Notes under the pieces: generated by a model | What the model saw: the letters and a program-made list of their open reading frames with translations, nothing else | Told to the model about the DNA's origin: nothing | Database searches by the model: none | Part shown: one piece after another, positions 1 to 12,665 of the stretch | Layout of the letters: every line of letters starts with the position of its first letter | Position numbering within the stretch: the first letter of the stretch is position 1 | Translations under genes and position numbers: made by a program | NCBI GenBank assembly: GCA_030265395.1 | Contig: JARFYF010000046.1 | Coordinates: 14,092,558-14,156,557, forward strand | Length of the DNA stretch: 64,000 nucleotides | From: Rhina ancylostomus | Lineage: Eukaryota | Reading direction: 5' to 3'

Positions 1-91
1 CTAGTTAAATGCAAATCTCTCCCTCACACTCACAATTACACTTCCCCAATTTGCAACACTGCAGTTGGACAGAGGGCACATAAGACCTTAA

Positions 92-300
92 AAATAGAAG
101 CAAGAGTAGTCGTTGACCCCCTTGCCACTGCCTCACCATCAATACAGTCATGAGTGATCCTTTATCTCAACATCATTTTGCAGCACTTAGATTTCTTTAG
201 TTTCTAAAAATCTATCCACTTTGATCTGACTGTAAATCAGCCTTTGCAGCCCTGGAAGAGAATTCCAGAGATTCAGTACTGTCTGGATGAAGAAATTGCT
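92..300 (-). mobile_element. CR1-clade LINE 3' end fragment, degraded
   Basis: Resembles the reverse-complemented CR1 3' UTR seen at 58957-59385 (caatacagtcatgagtgatcc; agagaattccagagattca...tggatgaagaaatt). Confidence 0.55.
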
Positions 301-379
301 CACCACAGGATGGAAACAAGTCCTTCGGCCTACCAACACCACAGCAACCTTCAAGCATCCACTTACACTATTCCTTTAC

Positions 380-915
380 TTATTTCAGGTAACCCTCAGC
401 CCTGGTGTTCTTCTCCCATACACACCTCACCCATCCACCTAGTTTTCTTCTTCTTTTGTTCACCTTCCCCCTGCCCAGTTCAATCTACACATCACCCCCA
501 CTCTAGCTGGTTCCACCTATCACCTTCCTGTCCTTTTAACCCCATACCCCACCTGATTCCACCTGCCCATCATCCCCTCCACATCTGGTTCCACCTATCA
601 CCCACCAGTCTTTGCCCCCNNNNNNNNNNNNNNNNNNNNNNNNNNNNNNNNNNNNNNNNNNNNNNNNNNNNNNNNNNNNNNNNNNNNNNNNNNNNNNNNN
701 NNNNNNNNNNNNNNNNNNNCCTGCCCACATCCCCTCCCCATCTGGTTCCACCTTTCATCTATAACCTGTATTTCCCTCTTACCCCCCTGACCCTCCACAC
801 ACTGATATACTCTGGTACTCTTTCCTCTTCCTTCTCAGTCCTGATCCAGATTCTTGACACGAAATGTTGACCTACACCTTTTGCCTACAATAATGCTGTT
901 TGACACACTCCCTTC
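380..915 (+). mobile_element. Penelope-like element 3' region: pyrimidine-rich tandem units plus degenerate terminal repeat
   Basis: Starts with the PLE ORF-end-like ttcaggtaa, has four copies of ctggttccacct-like units, and ends in the hammerhead-like cagtc-ctgatcc...gaaatgttgac at 836-872. Confidence 0.6.
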
Positions 916-1104
916 CAGCGTTCCGTTATTTGTTCCGAACAAGAGGGATTCCAACCACCTTCCTTTAATTTCCCTGAGTTGCCCCACCATCGACACCCCA
1001 CCTGTTCCATTAGACACAGAAACTTTGGTGGATCAGTCACACAAATATTGTGGCTGCTAAGATAATCAGAGGCTGGATATTCTGCAGTGAATGACTCGCC
1101 CTTC

Positions 1105-1510
1105 AATACTCCAAAGCCTACTTATAAGGTTGTCAGCAACATGATGGAATATTGGCCACTTGCCTGGAGGAATGCAGCTCTAATCACACCTAGAAGCCTG
1201 ATATCTTCGAGGACTACCAACCCACTTGATTGACACCACACTCACATTCTAAATATTTACTCCCTACACCCATCACAGCACAATAGCCTTGCAGCAGTTT
1301 TGCGAAGATTTCTTACTCGTGATCTCCAAAACAAGAACAGGACAGTCATCGAAACATCAGCAATTGCACAGTGCCTTCCATGTCATGCACCGTTCTGACT
1401 GGACATATCTCGCTGTTCCTTCAATACTGCTGGGTTTAAATCCTGGAACGACTGATCCAAGAGCACTGTGGAAGTTCACCATATGGATATTGGCAATCCA
1501 AGAATTTGTT
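1105..1510 (+). mobile_element. CR1/L2-group LINE RT C-terminus and 3' region, degraded
   Basis: atgatggaatattggccacttgcctggaggaatgcagct reads MMEYWPLAWRNAA, like the recalled VMEYSPLAWMSAA motif; followed by the typical cgctgttccttca...gctgggtttaaatcctggaac. Confidence 0.65.
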
Positions 1511-1974
1511 TATTGACCCCTGCACTTGAACACATCATGGTTGATTATAACGGCTTTGTCCCAAACCAAAGAGTCCTCTGAATTTACTGCTCATTCAAAA
1601 TTGGTGTGAAATTTCACTGGTCACTTCGGGCACAACAGGAAATAGTCGCGTTTTTGGTACTCCCCTCTAGGTTTTTTGGAACAATTTATTCTATTTCTCT
1701 TCACAGACTGTACCATTTTTTCTCTTTTTTAGAATTTTTAATTATTCCATGTCCAGTGTGCAGGAATGATGTTAAATAAGTGAAAACATGTATTTAAATA
1801 CTTAAAAATAAGTACAATGGGATTCCATGCTTTCCCAAGCTCAGTTGTTTACTTTGATTCCAGTTTATGTCAACTTTTATGCTTTAGCCAATGCAGTTAC
1901 AGTCAACGGGAAGTTTAGGTTTAAAATGACAGACAGAATGAACATGTGAAAAATGTAAATTTCAGGTATGAAGT

Positions 1975-2625
1975 CCCCACTATATTGGTGAAACCGAGGG
2001 CAATTCATTGACCACTTTGCAGAGCATCTACTCTCAGACTGCCAGGGTGTCGCTGAGGTTCCTGATGCCTGCTAGTTCCTACTTGATCTCATTTCCACTC
2101 TGACCTCTGTCAGTACCAAGGCCAAACACAAACAAGGAACAATGCCCTGTTTTCCACCTGGGCACATTGCAACCTCCAGAAATTAATTTTGAATCCAACA
2201 ACTTGAGGGAACTCGCTTTCTCCGTCCATGTCGGAAGTGGCTATTTCTGCTGTAGCTCATCCATCTGTTATATTGGCTCAGCTTTTCTCCCTCTCTGTTA
2301 GCACAACCTGACTCCCACATCCCTGCTTTTCACAATATTTCACATTTCTTTGTGTTATTTCCCTCTAACTGCCTCCATTGACACATTAACTCTCCAACTT
2401 CTCTTCACCTTTTCCTCATCCTGTCACTCATGTCCCCTTTTACCTGTCCATTCCTCCCACCGTCTCTGCAACTTAAAACTAACTTGTTTTTCTCCCTTTC
2501 CCAATTCTGACAAAGGGTCTTGGAACTTAAACATGAAATCTGTTTCTCTTTCCACAGATTCTAGCTGACCTCCTGAGTGTTCCCACCATTTTCTGTTTTT
2601 ATTTCCAATTTCTAACACTTTTAAA
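1975..2625 (+). mobile_element. Penelope-like element remnant: GIY-YIG endonuclease fragment plus 3' terminal repeat
   Basis: Frameshifted YIGET (1981), DHFAEHL and KEQCPVFHLGTLQPPEINFESNNLR match the PLE GIY-YIG C-terminus; terminal repeat ttctgacaaagggtc...tctgtttctctttccacagat at ~2505-2620. Confidence 0.75.
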
Positions 2626-2949
2626 AATTTTCATTCAGATGTAAAGTACTGTGTTAACCATGTTTGAGTTTCAACCCAGCTTTCACTTGGAACAACATTG
2701 TAAAGAATTGGTTTTAACTGTCAAGCAGGATGCTTGCACAAGTCAGTTCTGTTCATGTTCCCTGGAGACCATTGGACATAAATTGGCACATAGCAATAGC
2801 AGTGAGGTTGTGGTAGTATTTGAGATGGTTTGAGGTCTTTTCTTCTGGATGGGTGGAAGGAGTTTTAAAGCAAAATGTGGAAAGGTATCTTGCATTAAAC
2901 CATGAGTAAATGATGCGATTAGATTGTAAGCACAACTCCTGAAATAAGA

Positions 2950-3232
2950 ATAGAGTCATTGAGTCATACTGCATGGAAAAGGCTCTTCTGCCCATTGAGT
3001 CCATGCCAACCATCAAGCACCCATTTACACTAATCCTATAATGATCCCATTTCAGTTCCCTCACATTTCCAAACCCCCCCCCTCAGATTCGACCACTCGC
3101 CTACACATCAGGGACAGTCTACAGTGGTCAATTGCCTATGCAAGGAAACCCGCATGTAAACTCCATCAGGATCAGGACTGACCCGAGTACCTGGAGCTGT
3201 GAGGCAGCAGCTCCACCAGCTGTGCCACTGTT
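2950..3232 (-). mobile_element. V-SINE (HE1-type) tRNA-derived SINE
   Basis: Reverse complement begins agtggcacagctggtggagctgctgcctcacagctccagg, with core gggtttcc and a CR1-like tail with gactcaatgactct; homologous to 28965-29305. Confidence 0.75.
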
Positions 3233-4574
3233 CTCTCAGCAGATCTGTGCAATTTTTGGATACCATGACCCTCTCAGTTACTGACGTGGATTTTGTCGAG
3301 AATGAGGCTGGGAGAGCTGTTTTAGGTTGGGCTGTGCAGTTTTAATATCACTGAGTACAATTTTCTTTTGGCAGGTTCGCTGCCAGGAAGCCACGCCAGG
3401 AGTGGCTCCATGTCACGCGTGGAAGATTCAGGATGAAGCATCTGGGGAGCCCATGGGTTGGTGGATGNNNNNNNNNNNNNNNNNNNNNNNNNNNNNNNNN
3501 NNNNNNNNNNNNNNNNNNNNNNNNNNNNNNNNNNNNNNNNNNNNNNNNNNNNNNNNNNNNNNNNNNNNNNNNNNNNNNNNNNNNNNNNNNNNNNNNNNNN
3601 NNNNNNNNNNNNNNNNNNNNNNNNNNNNNNNNNNNNNNNNNNNNNNNNNNNNNNNNNNNNNNNNNNNNNNNNNNNCGTGTGTTTTCCACACAGCCACCCT
3701 TGCTTCCCTTTAGCAGCTGAGTTTCCTGAAGTTTAGTGTTCAAAAACTAGCTCTTCCAACTCTAACCACTTTAGAGCTCATGGTAAACAGTTTAAATCTG
3801 AAGGACACAACACTATAATATTTAGTTAACTACCCCCACCCCCACTTCAAATTCTACTCCCTAATTAAAATGGAAGCAGGTCAGGTGGGAAGTTGGAGTT
3901 TATTTTAGATTTCCAAAAATGTTCAAGCTTCAGACAGACAATCCAAGCTCCCAGCCTTGCTTTCAGGAAGGGGAGTGGGGGGAGAAGTAAAAAGAAAACA
4001 CCTTTTTTTATTTATGCATTGAATTCTTAAAGCTGGCAGTGAGGAATATTGTTCAGGATGAGAAACAAAGAGGTAAAAGAGGGATCCTTCATGAAAAGAA
4101 CAGTGACCTTTCTTTTTGTTCAGCCCTTCTGGAACGAACCTTGGTGAAGGGTTAAGTGTTAACCTGTATTTTCTATTTCCAGGTGCTAAGCTGTTTATTT
4201 CTAGCACTTTCTCTTTTGTTTGACATTATTCTCTTTTGAAACATTGATCTTGTGATGAAATCCTTCATATTAAAAGGACTGTACCATTTGACACTCTTCA
4301 CCTGATTAGATTAATGACTTCCTGTTCCTTTCCTTAGATCCCTGTTAAAAGCTATTAATTCTGGAAGTGATCAAAGACCATTTGGAGACAGGTTCAAAAT
4401 AGTAAACGTTTGATAAGTTGGGCGGGAAGCTTCATCTTATTTTTCGTTTACCTGGAGACATGCAGTTACAGTGTATTTAATGGCCTAAAAGCTGGAACTG
4501 ATTCCCAGCTGCATTTCAACCAGTTGCACATGTTTAATTTATTGCTAGTCAATTATATTTTTGTTCTTTAAATC

Positions 4575-4720
4575 AGAAGAAGCTGAAACTATGCAGCAGG
4601 TCTGTCAGCATCTGAAGATAGAACACTAATAGGATTATCTCATCTTTTCCCTTGATTGACGTTGGCAGACCTGCCGTGGATTGACACGGGTTTTCTGGTT
4701 CGGAATTTAAACATGTGCAG
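4575..4720. repeat. PLE-terminal-repeat-derived inverted repeat (hairpin)
   Basis: gcaggtctgtcagcatc (4596-4612) is complementary, with G-U type mismatches, to gacgttggcagacctgc (4658-4674). Confidence 0.6.
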
Positions 4721-7700
4721 CTTCAGTTTGCTCCCAGGCTTTGAGGGGAAGCACACAGGGAAAGTGGCCTCGCCATTTTGTACCTTCAGCTGGAATTGTC
4801 CGAACCAGCACAAAGGTTTGGGTGATTTCAGCTGGACGCTGCATCTTGCAAAAATGGAGTTTCCATAACCTTTTGCACAAGTTTAAAATAATTGCGCTGG
4901 AAGCTGAACCTAGCCTTCAACACTGGTCATGAGCCAAAACAAACTAATCACCATGGCCAAGCATCTCTAATTGTTCCAGTTCGCAGAATTACAACCTTAA
5001 GCTACATTTTAGGCTCAAGGATACCCACAACTAGGAGTGTTTTGAAAGCTTTTCTACTTTAAAAAAAAATTTATTAAGTAACGAACATTTGCTGATCAGT
5101 GAAACTAAGTAGTGTGATTCTTCATACAACTCTGTTGTTCAGGTGGCCAAAGTTTTAAGGAATATCTCAAGGGACTGTGATGGAGAATGGTGGAGACATT
5201 TATGGAAGGAATTCTGAAGTTCAGGATAGAGGCCATTGTCAGCACAGGTGCTTAAAGGTGGGACAGTTAATATATGAAGTGGATAAAAGTCTGGGTGATG
5301 ACATTCCTCTGACAATTGTCATTAAAAATACAATTATTTCTTTAAAAATGAATGATGATTGAAACTTTAATGTCTCATTTTTCATCAACATTGAAAGTTT
5401 GGATGTTTTAATAGCTTGTAATTTATCAAAATTTTATAGTCATTCCTGGCTACAAAAGCCTGATTAAATATGATAATCCTACTTAAGTAAAACAGGGTTA
5501 CTGATTGCACATGACCTTGGCAGCTCTTCCAGAGATGGATTGGAGTGATTCCTCAATTTATGGTTTATATTCCTTTTGCTTATTCACAGTGTGTTTCTTA
5601 ATTATCCTTACCTCCTAAGTGCTCAGCAGTTCTCTGATTTCCTTTTCGTGTTTCAGAATATTATTTCTTTGTAATCAGTGCATTGAGAACCCACTAACAT
5701 AAAATAAGAAAAGAAAATCTGGGAATGCTCAGAAAACACAGAAGCTGGAAGCAATGCATAATTCATTTAGTTTGCCAATATTGTGTTTTTTTTCTAAACC
5801 CTGGAATGTTATTGGTTATTTCTCTTTAATTCTTTCTCCAACACAGGCTGTCAGTGTACTCACTTGCTAGTTTCCAACATGAAATGAATGACTCATGGAA
5901 ACTCTGGAACATGTGGCTTGTGTAGCACATTAATCAAAGTTTTTTTCCAGCAGGATTCTCCCTTGATTCAACTAACCACATATGAACAAAGCCAGTTAAC
6001 TACATTCATGGTCTTGAATAGTTACAAAGCTCTTTGAGTAAATCTATGGTGAGATTATGACAGGAAAGTGCTTCATCTTGAATAAAAAGTACTTGAATGC
6101 CAATATTATATAAGAACACAACATCAATGAATCTTTCAAGCTTATCCTGTTGGCATCTTATCTGTCACAAGATGGAGCTTAAACTAATTTTAAACATACT
6201 TTAACTCTATTACCCAAGATAGAAAATTATCCCTAATATTTTTCAGTTGTTGCAATAAGAAGATAAGGTATACAGGAAAAATTTGATTGTCTGATACTTG
6301 GTTTTGTTAGGATTATAGCACAACTTCAGCCAAAAAGTCATTTTAACCCTTGGAATGCAAGGCAATTTAAGGAAATGTTTGCCTGTCTGGGACAACTAGT
6401 TTTGTATGGTTTCACTTCATATAACGTATTGCCCATTCCCCATTATTAAGCCTAGCCTACTAAATTAACGAGCATAATCTGGCAAATAACAATTTTAAAA
6501 AAAGCAGTTGTCAAAGCAATCAACATCACCACCTCCAAATAGTGAGGGGTGAGTAATAAGTGGCAGCAATGCTCACAACCCAAAAAAGGGAGTAAAACAA
6601 GCTACTAAATTAAGCTAAAGCATAATTTTAAATAAGAACTCAATAGTTTTAATCAGCTCATATCTTCTGCTTTATTTTAATGATGATGGTCTATTCATTA
6701 TGGCTTTTGAGGTGCAATAGTTACTCCTCACTTTCACCTTCTGTTCTATTGCTCTCTCTAACCATTTTGATACATATGAACAGGTTACCGTTCCAGAAGA
6801 ATTTTTCCTTGATTTGGATCTCACTTTAATAGTTATGTTACTGACTTCCTAATCAATCAAAAATCTAGATTCTGTGAATTGATAAGGTCGCATTGCAAGT
6901 GTGTTAGATAAGATGGTTTGCAGCGCACAAGATGCCATTCATTTTCTCTCTCCCTCTCAAAGTTTGATGGAGATGAGTGGGGAAAATCTCCACTGCATTC
7001 TCAGTGGGTTGCATTAAATAGGAAACATTGACTAACTTTATTGACGGGAAGAACTTGTCCATATTTCAGAATCAACTAATTTGATTTTTTTTTTGGTAAC
7101 TCCCAGCAACTTGTTTTCTGGAATAGCCGCCGAACTGAATCACAATAGGGTGCATTGTAAGTAGGAGCAATAAAGGATCCCATTGCATTTACAATTTGGT
7201 ACTCGAGTCTGGATCTTGGCTCTGACATCAGTGAATCACTCCCCAGTTCCTGTTAGTCCAATTAACTATTCAAATTGCTCAGGCTGAATTGCATTCAAAA
7301 AATACTTGCTCCTAACTGCCTCTGTTTGTTGCTTGTTGTTAATATGTACCTTTATTTTGCTTCTCTGGGTTCCCAAACTTGTTACCTTTTGGAGTTTACA
7401 TTGTAACTAGTAACTAATCTCAGCTGTAAATCATGAAACAATTGATTGCCGTCTAAGCACCACTTTGCTCACCTCTGTCTACCTTTCTGGGCACATAATT
7501 TGATGCAGTTCTTCCCCACCTCATTTATTTCATCTGCCTTCTCTCCAAACCCCCAACTTCCAATTTTTGTTGTGTTCTTCTGGGCTAGGTACTTCAGCTG
7601 GTGATGTGGTGACTTGTGCCCTGGGCTTCATGTGCTTGAGTGCTCTGGGTTAACCTGCCCTCTTCAGAGCACCACTGGTTGTACTTTTCCTTTCCACTGC

Positions 7701-7789
7701 TAAAGGTGACTGATGAAATCAAGTGCTTGCTCTTCAGGAGTAAATGTGTTCTGTAAACTTCCTAAGCATGCATTTCCCTCAGCTCTTTC

Positions 7790-7980
7790 CACAATCTTAA
7801 AATATTCCAAAGTGTTTCATAACAAATGAAATACTTGTAGTGTAGTCACTGTCTTATGGGAGGAAGCACACCAGGCCGTCTTACAACATGTTGCAAACCA
7901 GCAATCTGATAAAGTCAGGGCAGTCTGTTTTAGTGATGTTGGAAAAGGGATAAGTATTGACCAAAGCTCTAAGGCAATGA
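7790..7980 (-). mobile_element. DeuSINE-like (SacSINE1-type) SINE, 3' fragment
   Basis: ccaaagtgtttcat...gtgtagtcactgtc...cagcaatctgataa...tctgttttagtgatgttgg...gggataagtattgacca is homologous to the other copies in the window. Confidence 0.65.
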
Positions 7981-8134
7981 GTGGTGATCAAAGAAAACGT
8001 CATCAAAGAGCCAAGTGCGTTTGGCTACCACTGTTTACTGTCCTTTGCATGGTACATCTTTCCTCAGAGGTGCAGATTTGCAAAAACAATGACATGGTCT
8101 AGTTTAACCAAGGTTACAAATAGCTGCTGGATGC

Positions 8135-8535
8135 TAAGTTCAAAGCACTTTTCCCACATACTTATACTTACATAATAGCTAATAAAATAGTTTTGTAATG
8201 CAGTCACAATGGTAACTGTTAAAGTGAAACAGTTGGATTGTAAACAGTAAGATCTCAAAAAGAGCAATGTAGCAAAGAGCAGAGAGCCTGTTAATTGAAG
8301 TATGAATGTTGGTCAGTGGGATTCCACTGCTCTTCCTTTAATTAACGATGTGGGATCCTTTACATTTATCCTGGAAGGCAAATGGGGTCCATCTTAAGGC
8401 CTTTTCCAAAAGATGTTCGGCCATTGGGAGCACTTCTCACAACAGCCTTGATAATGTGCCCATGTGTCTGGAGTGAGGCTTGAACTCGTAACCTTCTGCC
8501 TTAGTCACAAATTTACTCCCTTTGAGCTGTGGTTA
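8135..8535 (-). mobile_element. DeuSINE-like SINE, near full length, degraded
   Basis: tgctcttcctt...tgggatcctttacatttatcctggaaggcaaatgggg...ctggagtgaggcttgaactcgtaaccttctgcc; the tRNA-like head and B box lie on the minus strand. Confidence 0.65.
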
Positions 8536-10802
8536 CTGCATATTTTGTTGCATTTATCAGAACCGTCACTAGCATTTTTTAAATAATGATTTAAGTGTAA
8601 TATTTTGGGAATCTATTGCACCAAGTAAATATGTCCTGAAAGAGTGTCCGTTACTCTCATGAGGAGATTATCTTTCATGGAATTTATCCAGTGACATCTT
8701 CTGTTCCACAGCTCTCTCCATTCAGATTCAACCTGGCTGCGATTTGCAAGAAAAGTTTCAGTACGTCCTAAACAAAATACAAAGAGAAGGGCAGTTTAGG
8801 GGAAAATGGATGTAGTACAAAAAAATCAGATTGTTTTATAAATTGTGTGGTAACATGGTTATATTATAGATGGGACAAAAGAATAGAACTGGGTCCTGGT
8901 TGTTGCTATCCTTTAACCTCTTTTGAGACTCCCTGATTTCCAAAGTGACTGGGAATACAGAATAAAAGCACTGCAACAAAGCTCAGCGCCAGTTGTTGGC
9001 AGTTACACACATACTGTGTGCATATTACTCTACAGAAGCTAAGCAACACTGAGTTCTATAATATCTCAGTTGGAACACATCTGATTGGCTATAGGTTGAG
9101 GTTCATCCCTTCATTAACTGCCTCGGGCCATAATGTAATTACCATGTCTTCAACAGCAGGTCCCCAACATCCAATTTAACTTTCGATCAATTTATTTTTT
9201 TAGATTAGCTAATTTTTGCAATTTGTTTAAGTGGTTCCAAAAGAACATTTTGACTGGAAGCATGGACACAGTCTTTTCTGAGTATTTCAGCATTGTTGCA
9301 GCCTCTGAATTATGCTCAGTGGACTTGGTGCAATTTCAGCATTCTGAATTAATGTCAATAATGTAGATAAGCATGTGTTCTACATGTAGATTAAAGGCAT
9401 TTTTGCTAAGATATGAAGAAATCAGAGCCAAAATGTGGTTGGCTTTAATTTCTTTTAAATTATCTGAGACCTAGTTGACGAGCTGTGACTACAGTGGAGA
9501 GGCATGGTTAAGGCTAAATGAGTGATAGGGAAAAGTCAGGCAGTCAGAGTATTGCATCAAGCTTGGACTTTAAAAGCCTGAAGGTATTATGGGTGGAAGG
9601 AGCACAGTGTTGTTCTGTAACTTTAAGGAGTTGAAGGGCTCATTTTCCTGCTTCTGACTCACAGCTCAAAGTCAGTGCTCCCTGTTTACATCAACCTGCT
9701 CCATTTATAAAGGGCTGAATGAGCTGACCCTCCACACTTGGGAGGTGTCCGAAAAGGTGGGACAGGGTTGAGACTATGAACAGACTTCAGGCATTAAAGT
9801 AGTTTTTAAATGTCTCTCACGATTCAAAAATTGATTCAAGGAATTAGAAAATTGGTAACAAAAAATATGAAAGCAATTTAAAATGCTGACAAATAATTAA
9901 AATTTTAAAATAAAGTAAAAAATAAACTCTTATCTTCAGACATCTCCCATGGGGTAGGAGACTCCATTTAAATGATTGGGTTGGTGACTCTTTTGTCAGC
10001 CAGACCTAATGTCAACTTGGGTCTCTCTCTCCAGCACACCAGGTCTCAATGGTGAGCTCAGTGGTGGGCTGAGGAGTTAGGTTCACAACCATCTGGCCTC
10101 CAGTCTTCTCAGATTTTTGTGTTTGGTCGGAGATGCTTGAAAGTCTGAGACATGCAGAGCCACCGATTGCAGAGAACCGGGAGTTTGCTGCAGAATTGCC
10201 AGCGATAGGTAAGCTCGATCTATTATAACATTTTGCATGTTATAATAGCCAGTACTGAAGAACAAAGAAGAATAATTCTATGAGTTGCTTTTGTACCCAG
10301 AAGCAACATGAGCTTTAGGACACTTCCACAACTTCCAATATAACCAGAAAACAATTGACAACTTTAAGCTATTTATAATTTTACCATGCAGTTGAGGAAA
10401 GTCGCACATTCCTACAGCACATATCACAATTTCATGTCATCTCACAACTCTTTACAGCCAATCGAGTGTCCTTATATGGAGAAGAGTTACTGATGTAATG
10501 AGTGGAAATGTGATATCCAACTTTTACCCAGCAAATCCTACAACATGTAACAAGATGGATGACCCAGTGACTGACCAGCTCAGAAGTGAGAATGTGACTC
10601 CTGAACCAAGAATGTCTTTGGTTAGCAGTGATATTTGATAAGCTGCAGTCAATCAAAAAATGATGGGAATATATCCGTATTGACTTCATATTTATCAGTG
10701 CAAAAACATTGAATTATCAAATGTGGTTTCAACGCAAGGTACTGGTTCCAATATTATTTGGATTGTTATTGTACTCCAAACTTAAAAGAAATCCTTCTAT
10801 TT

Positions 10803-11068
10803 GTGGCACAGTAGTGTAGTGGTTAGCGTAACGCTTTACAGTGCCAGCCAACCCGGGTTCAATTCCGACCACTTGTCTGTAAGGAGTTTGTACGTTCTCC
10901 CCATGTCTGCGTGGGTTTCTCCAGTTTCCTCCCACATTCCAAAGACATACGGGTTAGGAAGTTGAGGGCATGCTATGTGGTGACACTTGCGGGCTGCCCC
11001 TAGAACACTACGCAAAAAGACATATTTCACTGTGTGTTTCGATGTTCTTGTGACTAATAAAGATATCA
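10803..11068 (+). mobile_element. V-SINE, full length, with intact Pol III boxes
   Basis: A box tagtgtagtgg (~10812), B box ggttcaattcc (~10856), core gtgggtttctccagtttcctcccacattccaaagac, tail ending in gactaataaagatatc. Confidence 0.85.
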
Positions 11069-11235
11069 ATTAAATTGAGTTGAGAACTGAATTAGCAGGT
11101 AAAATGTTACTTTAATCAGACTACTGTTTATTTTATCAAGAAACCACACAACTCATTTTAAATTCATGACTTGTTTCTCATTAATAATTAGTAGAAACAT
11201 GCAGGTAGTTGGACTTGCCCTGCACATTCTGCTTA

Positions 11236-11526
11236 TGTCATGGTTCTGAGTTCTGGTCCTCAATTTGGCTCCATTAATGCCTTGTTGTCCAGCACATGGA
11301 TTCCATNNNNNNNNNNNNNNNNNNNNNNNNNNNNNNNNNNNNNNNNNNNNNNNNNNNNNNNNNNNNNNNNNNNNNNNNNNNNNNNNNNNNNNNNNNNNNN
11401 NNNNNNCTCTGAGGCAAGATTCCTTCCAGTTGCTGCCTGTGTTTGTCCTGAGGAAGTATCCTGACTCCAGTCTTGTATTGGTGCACCGCATTTGGGTTCT
11501 CTGTGAGTTTGCTCAACATTGTGACT
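11236..11526 (-). mobile_element. Solo-LTR-like element with 5-bp TSD GCTTA (contains a gap)
   Basis: Termini TGTCA...TGACT flanked by gctta at 11231-11235 and 11527-11531; homologous to 34493-34939 in the opposite orientation. Confidence 0.7.
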
Positions 11527-12021
11527 GCTTACTTTTTCTCTTGATATTGCTGCCTGGAAATTCATTCCATTTAGTAGCACTTGGGGTGGAATGGCCTATT
11601 TCTGTGCCATAGCTCTCTATGACTTTATGCCTCTAGGCATCAATTAAATTAAGCAGCCAGCAGAAAGTACAACAGGAGGCCAGAGTCCTGTTATAGAATA
11701 AGACCAATTTCTGTCCCACTTCATTTAAAAAATGCAACTGTACACTTGTGATGAACATCCAAAGACATCAAACCAAAGTCAGACTGAAATTTGACCTCAG
11801 GCCTTGCCATGCCCAATGCAACTCAGCAACAGAGGACTCAGAGAGTGTCCTGTATGCCTCAGATGGAACGACAGCTCATTTTATGGTCTGTAGATACCAT
11901 GGAGAAGATGTACCAGATACACAGTGGCAAGCACTAGATCAGCTTTCTGACCATTCAGATTTTTCCCCCAATTGATTCCTCAATTTGTCATGGTTTTGGA
12001 TGGTTGGTGACTCTGTCTCTA

Positions 12022-12665
12022 AGAGAATCAGAATCAGGTTTATTATCATTGACATATTGTCATGAAATTTATTGTTTTGTGGCAGCAGTACATTGCAAGA
12101 CACAAAGATGTAAAAATTACTACAAGTTACAAAAATAAATAAAGAGTGCAAAAGAAGAATAATGAGGTGGAGTTCATGTGTTCATCGACCATTCAGAAAT
12201 CTGATGGCGGAGGGGAAGAAGCTGTTTCTGAAATGTTAAGTGTGGGTCTTCAGGTTCCTGTACCTCCTCCCTAATGGTAGTAATGAGAAAAGGGCATATC
12301 CCAGATGGTGAGTGTCCTTAATGATAGATACCGCCTTCTTGAGGCACTACCTCTTGAGGATGCCCTCGATGGTGGGAGGGTTGTGCCCCTGATGGAGCTG
12401 GCTGAGTTAATAACCTCTGCAACCTCTTGCAATCTTGTGCATTGGAGGCTCCATACCAAGATGCGATGCAACAGTCAGAATGCTCTCCACTGTACATCTA
12501 TAGAAACTTGCAAGAGTCTTTGGTGACATATCAAATCTCCTCAAACTCCTAACGAAGTACAGCCACTGGCGTGCCTTCTTCATGATTGCATCAATGTGTT
12601 GGTGCATAGATAGATCCTGAGATGCTGACGCCCAGGAACTTGGAGCTGCTCACCCTTTCCACTGC
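12022..12665 (-). mobile_element. Rex1/Babar-clade LINE 3' fragment (RT C-terminus plus tail)
   Basis: ORF 12407..12607(-) KKARQWLYFVRSLRRFDMSPKTLASFYRCTVESILT is the typical Rex/Babar motif; tail repeat ctgattctgatt at ~12025-12040. Confidence 0.85.

Noticed and set aside
244-870. 208-aa Pro/His-rich ORF
   Set aside because: Low-complexity PLE 3' repeats read through an N gap.
9570-10210. GC-flanked, AT-cored blocks (also ~31480-32200 and ~40100-40800) resembling non-autonomous DNA transposons
   Set aside because: I could not define terminal inverted repeats or TSDs by eye, so they are not reported as features.
10803-10875. tRNA-like sequence with A and B boxes
   Set aside because: It is a SINE head continuing into the V-core; no complete cloverleaf.
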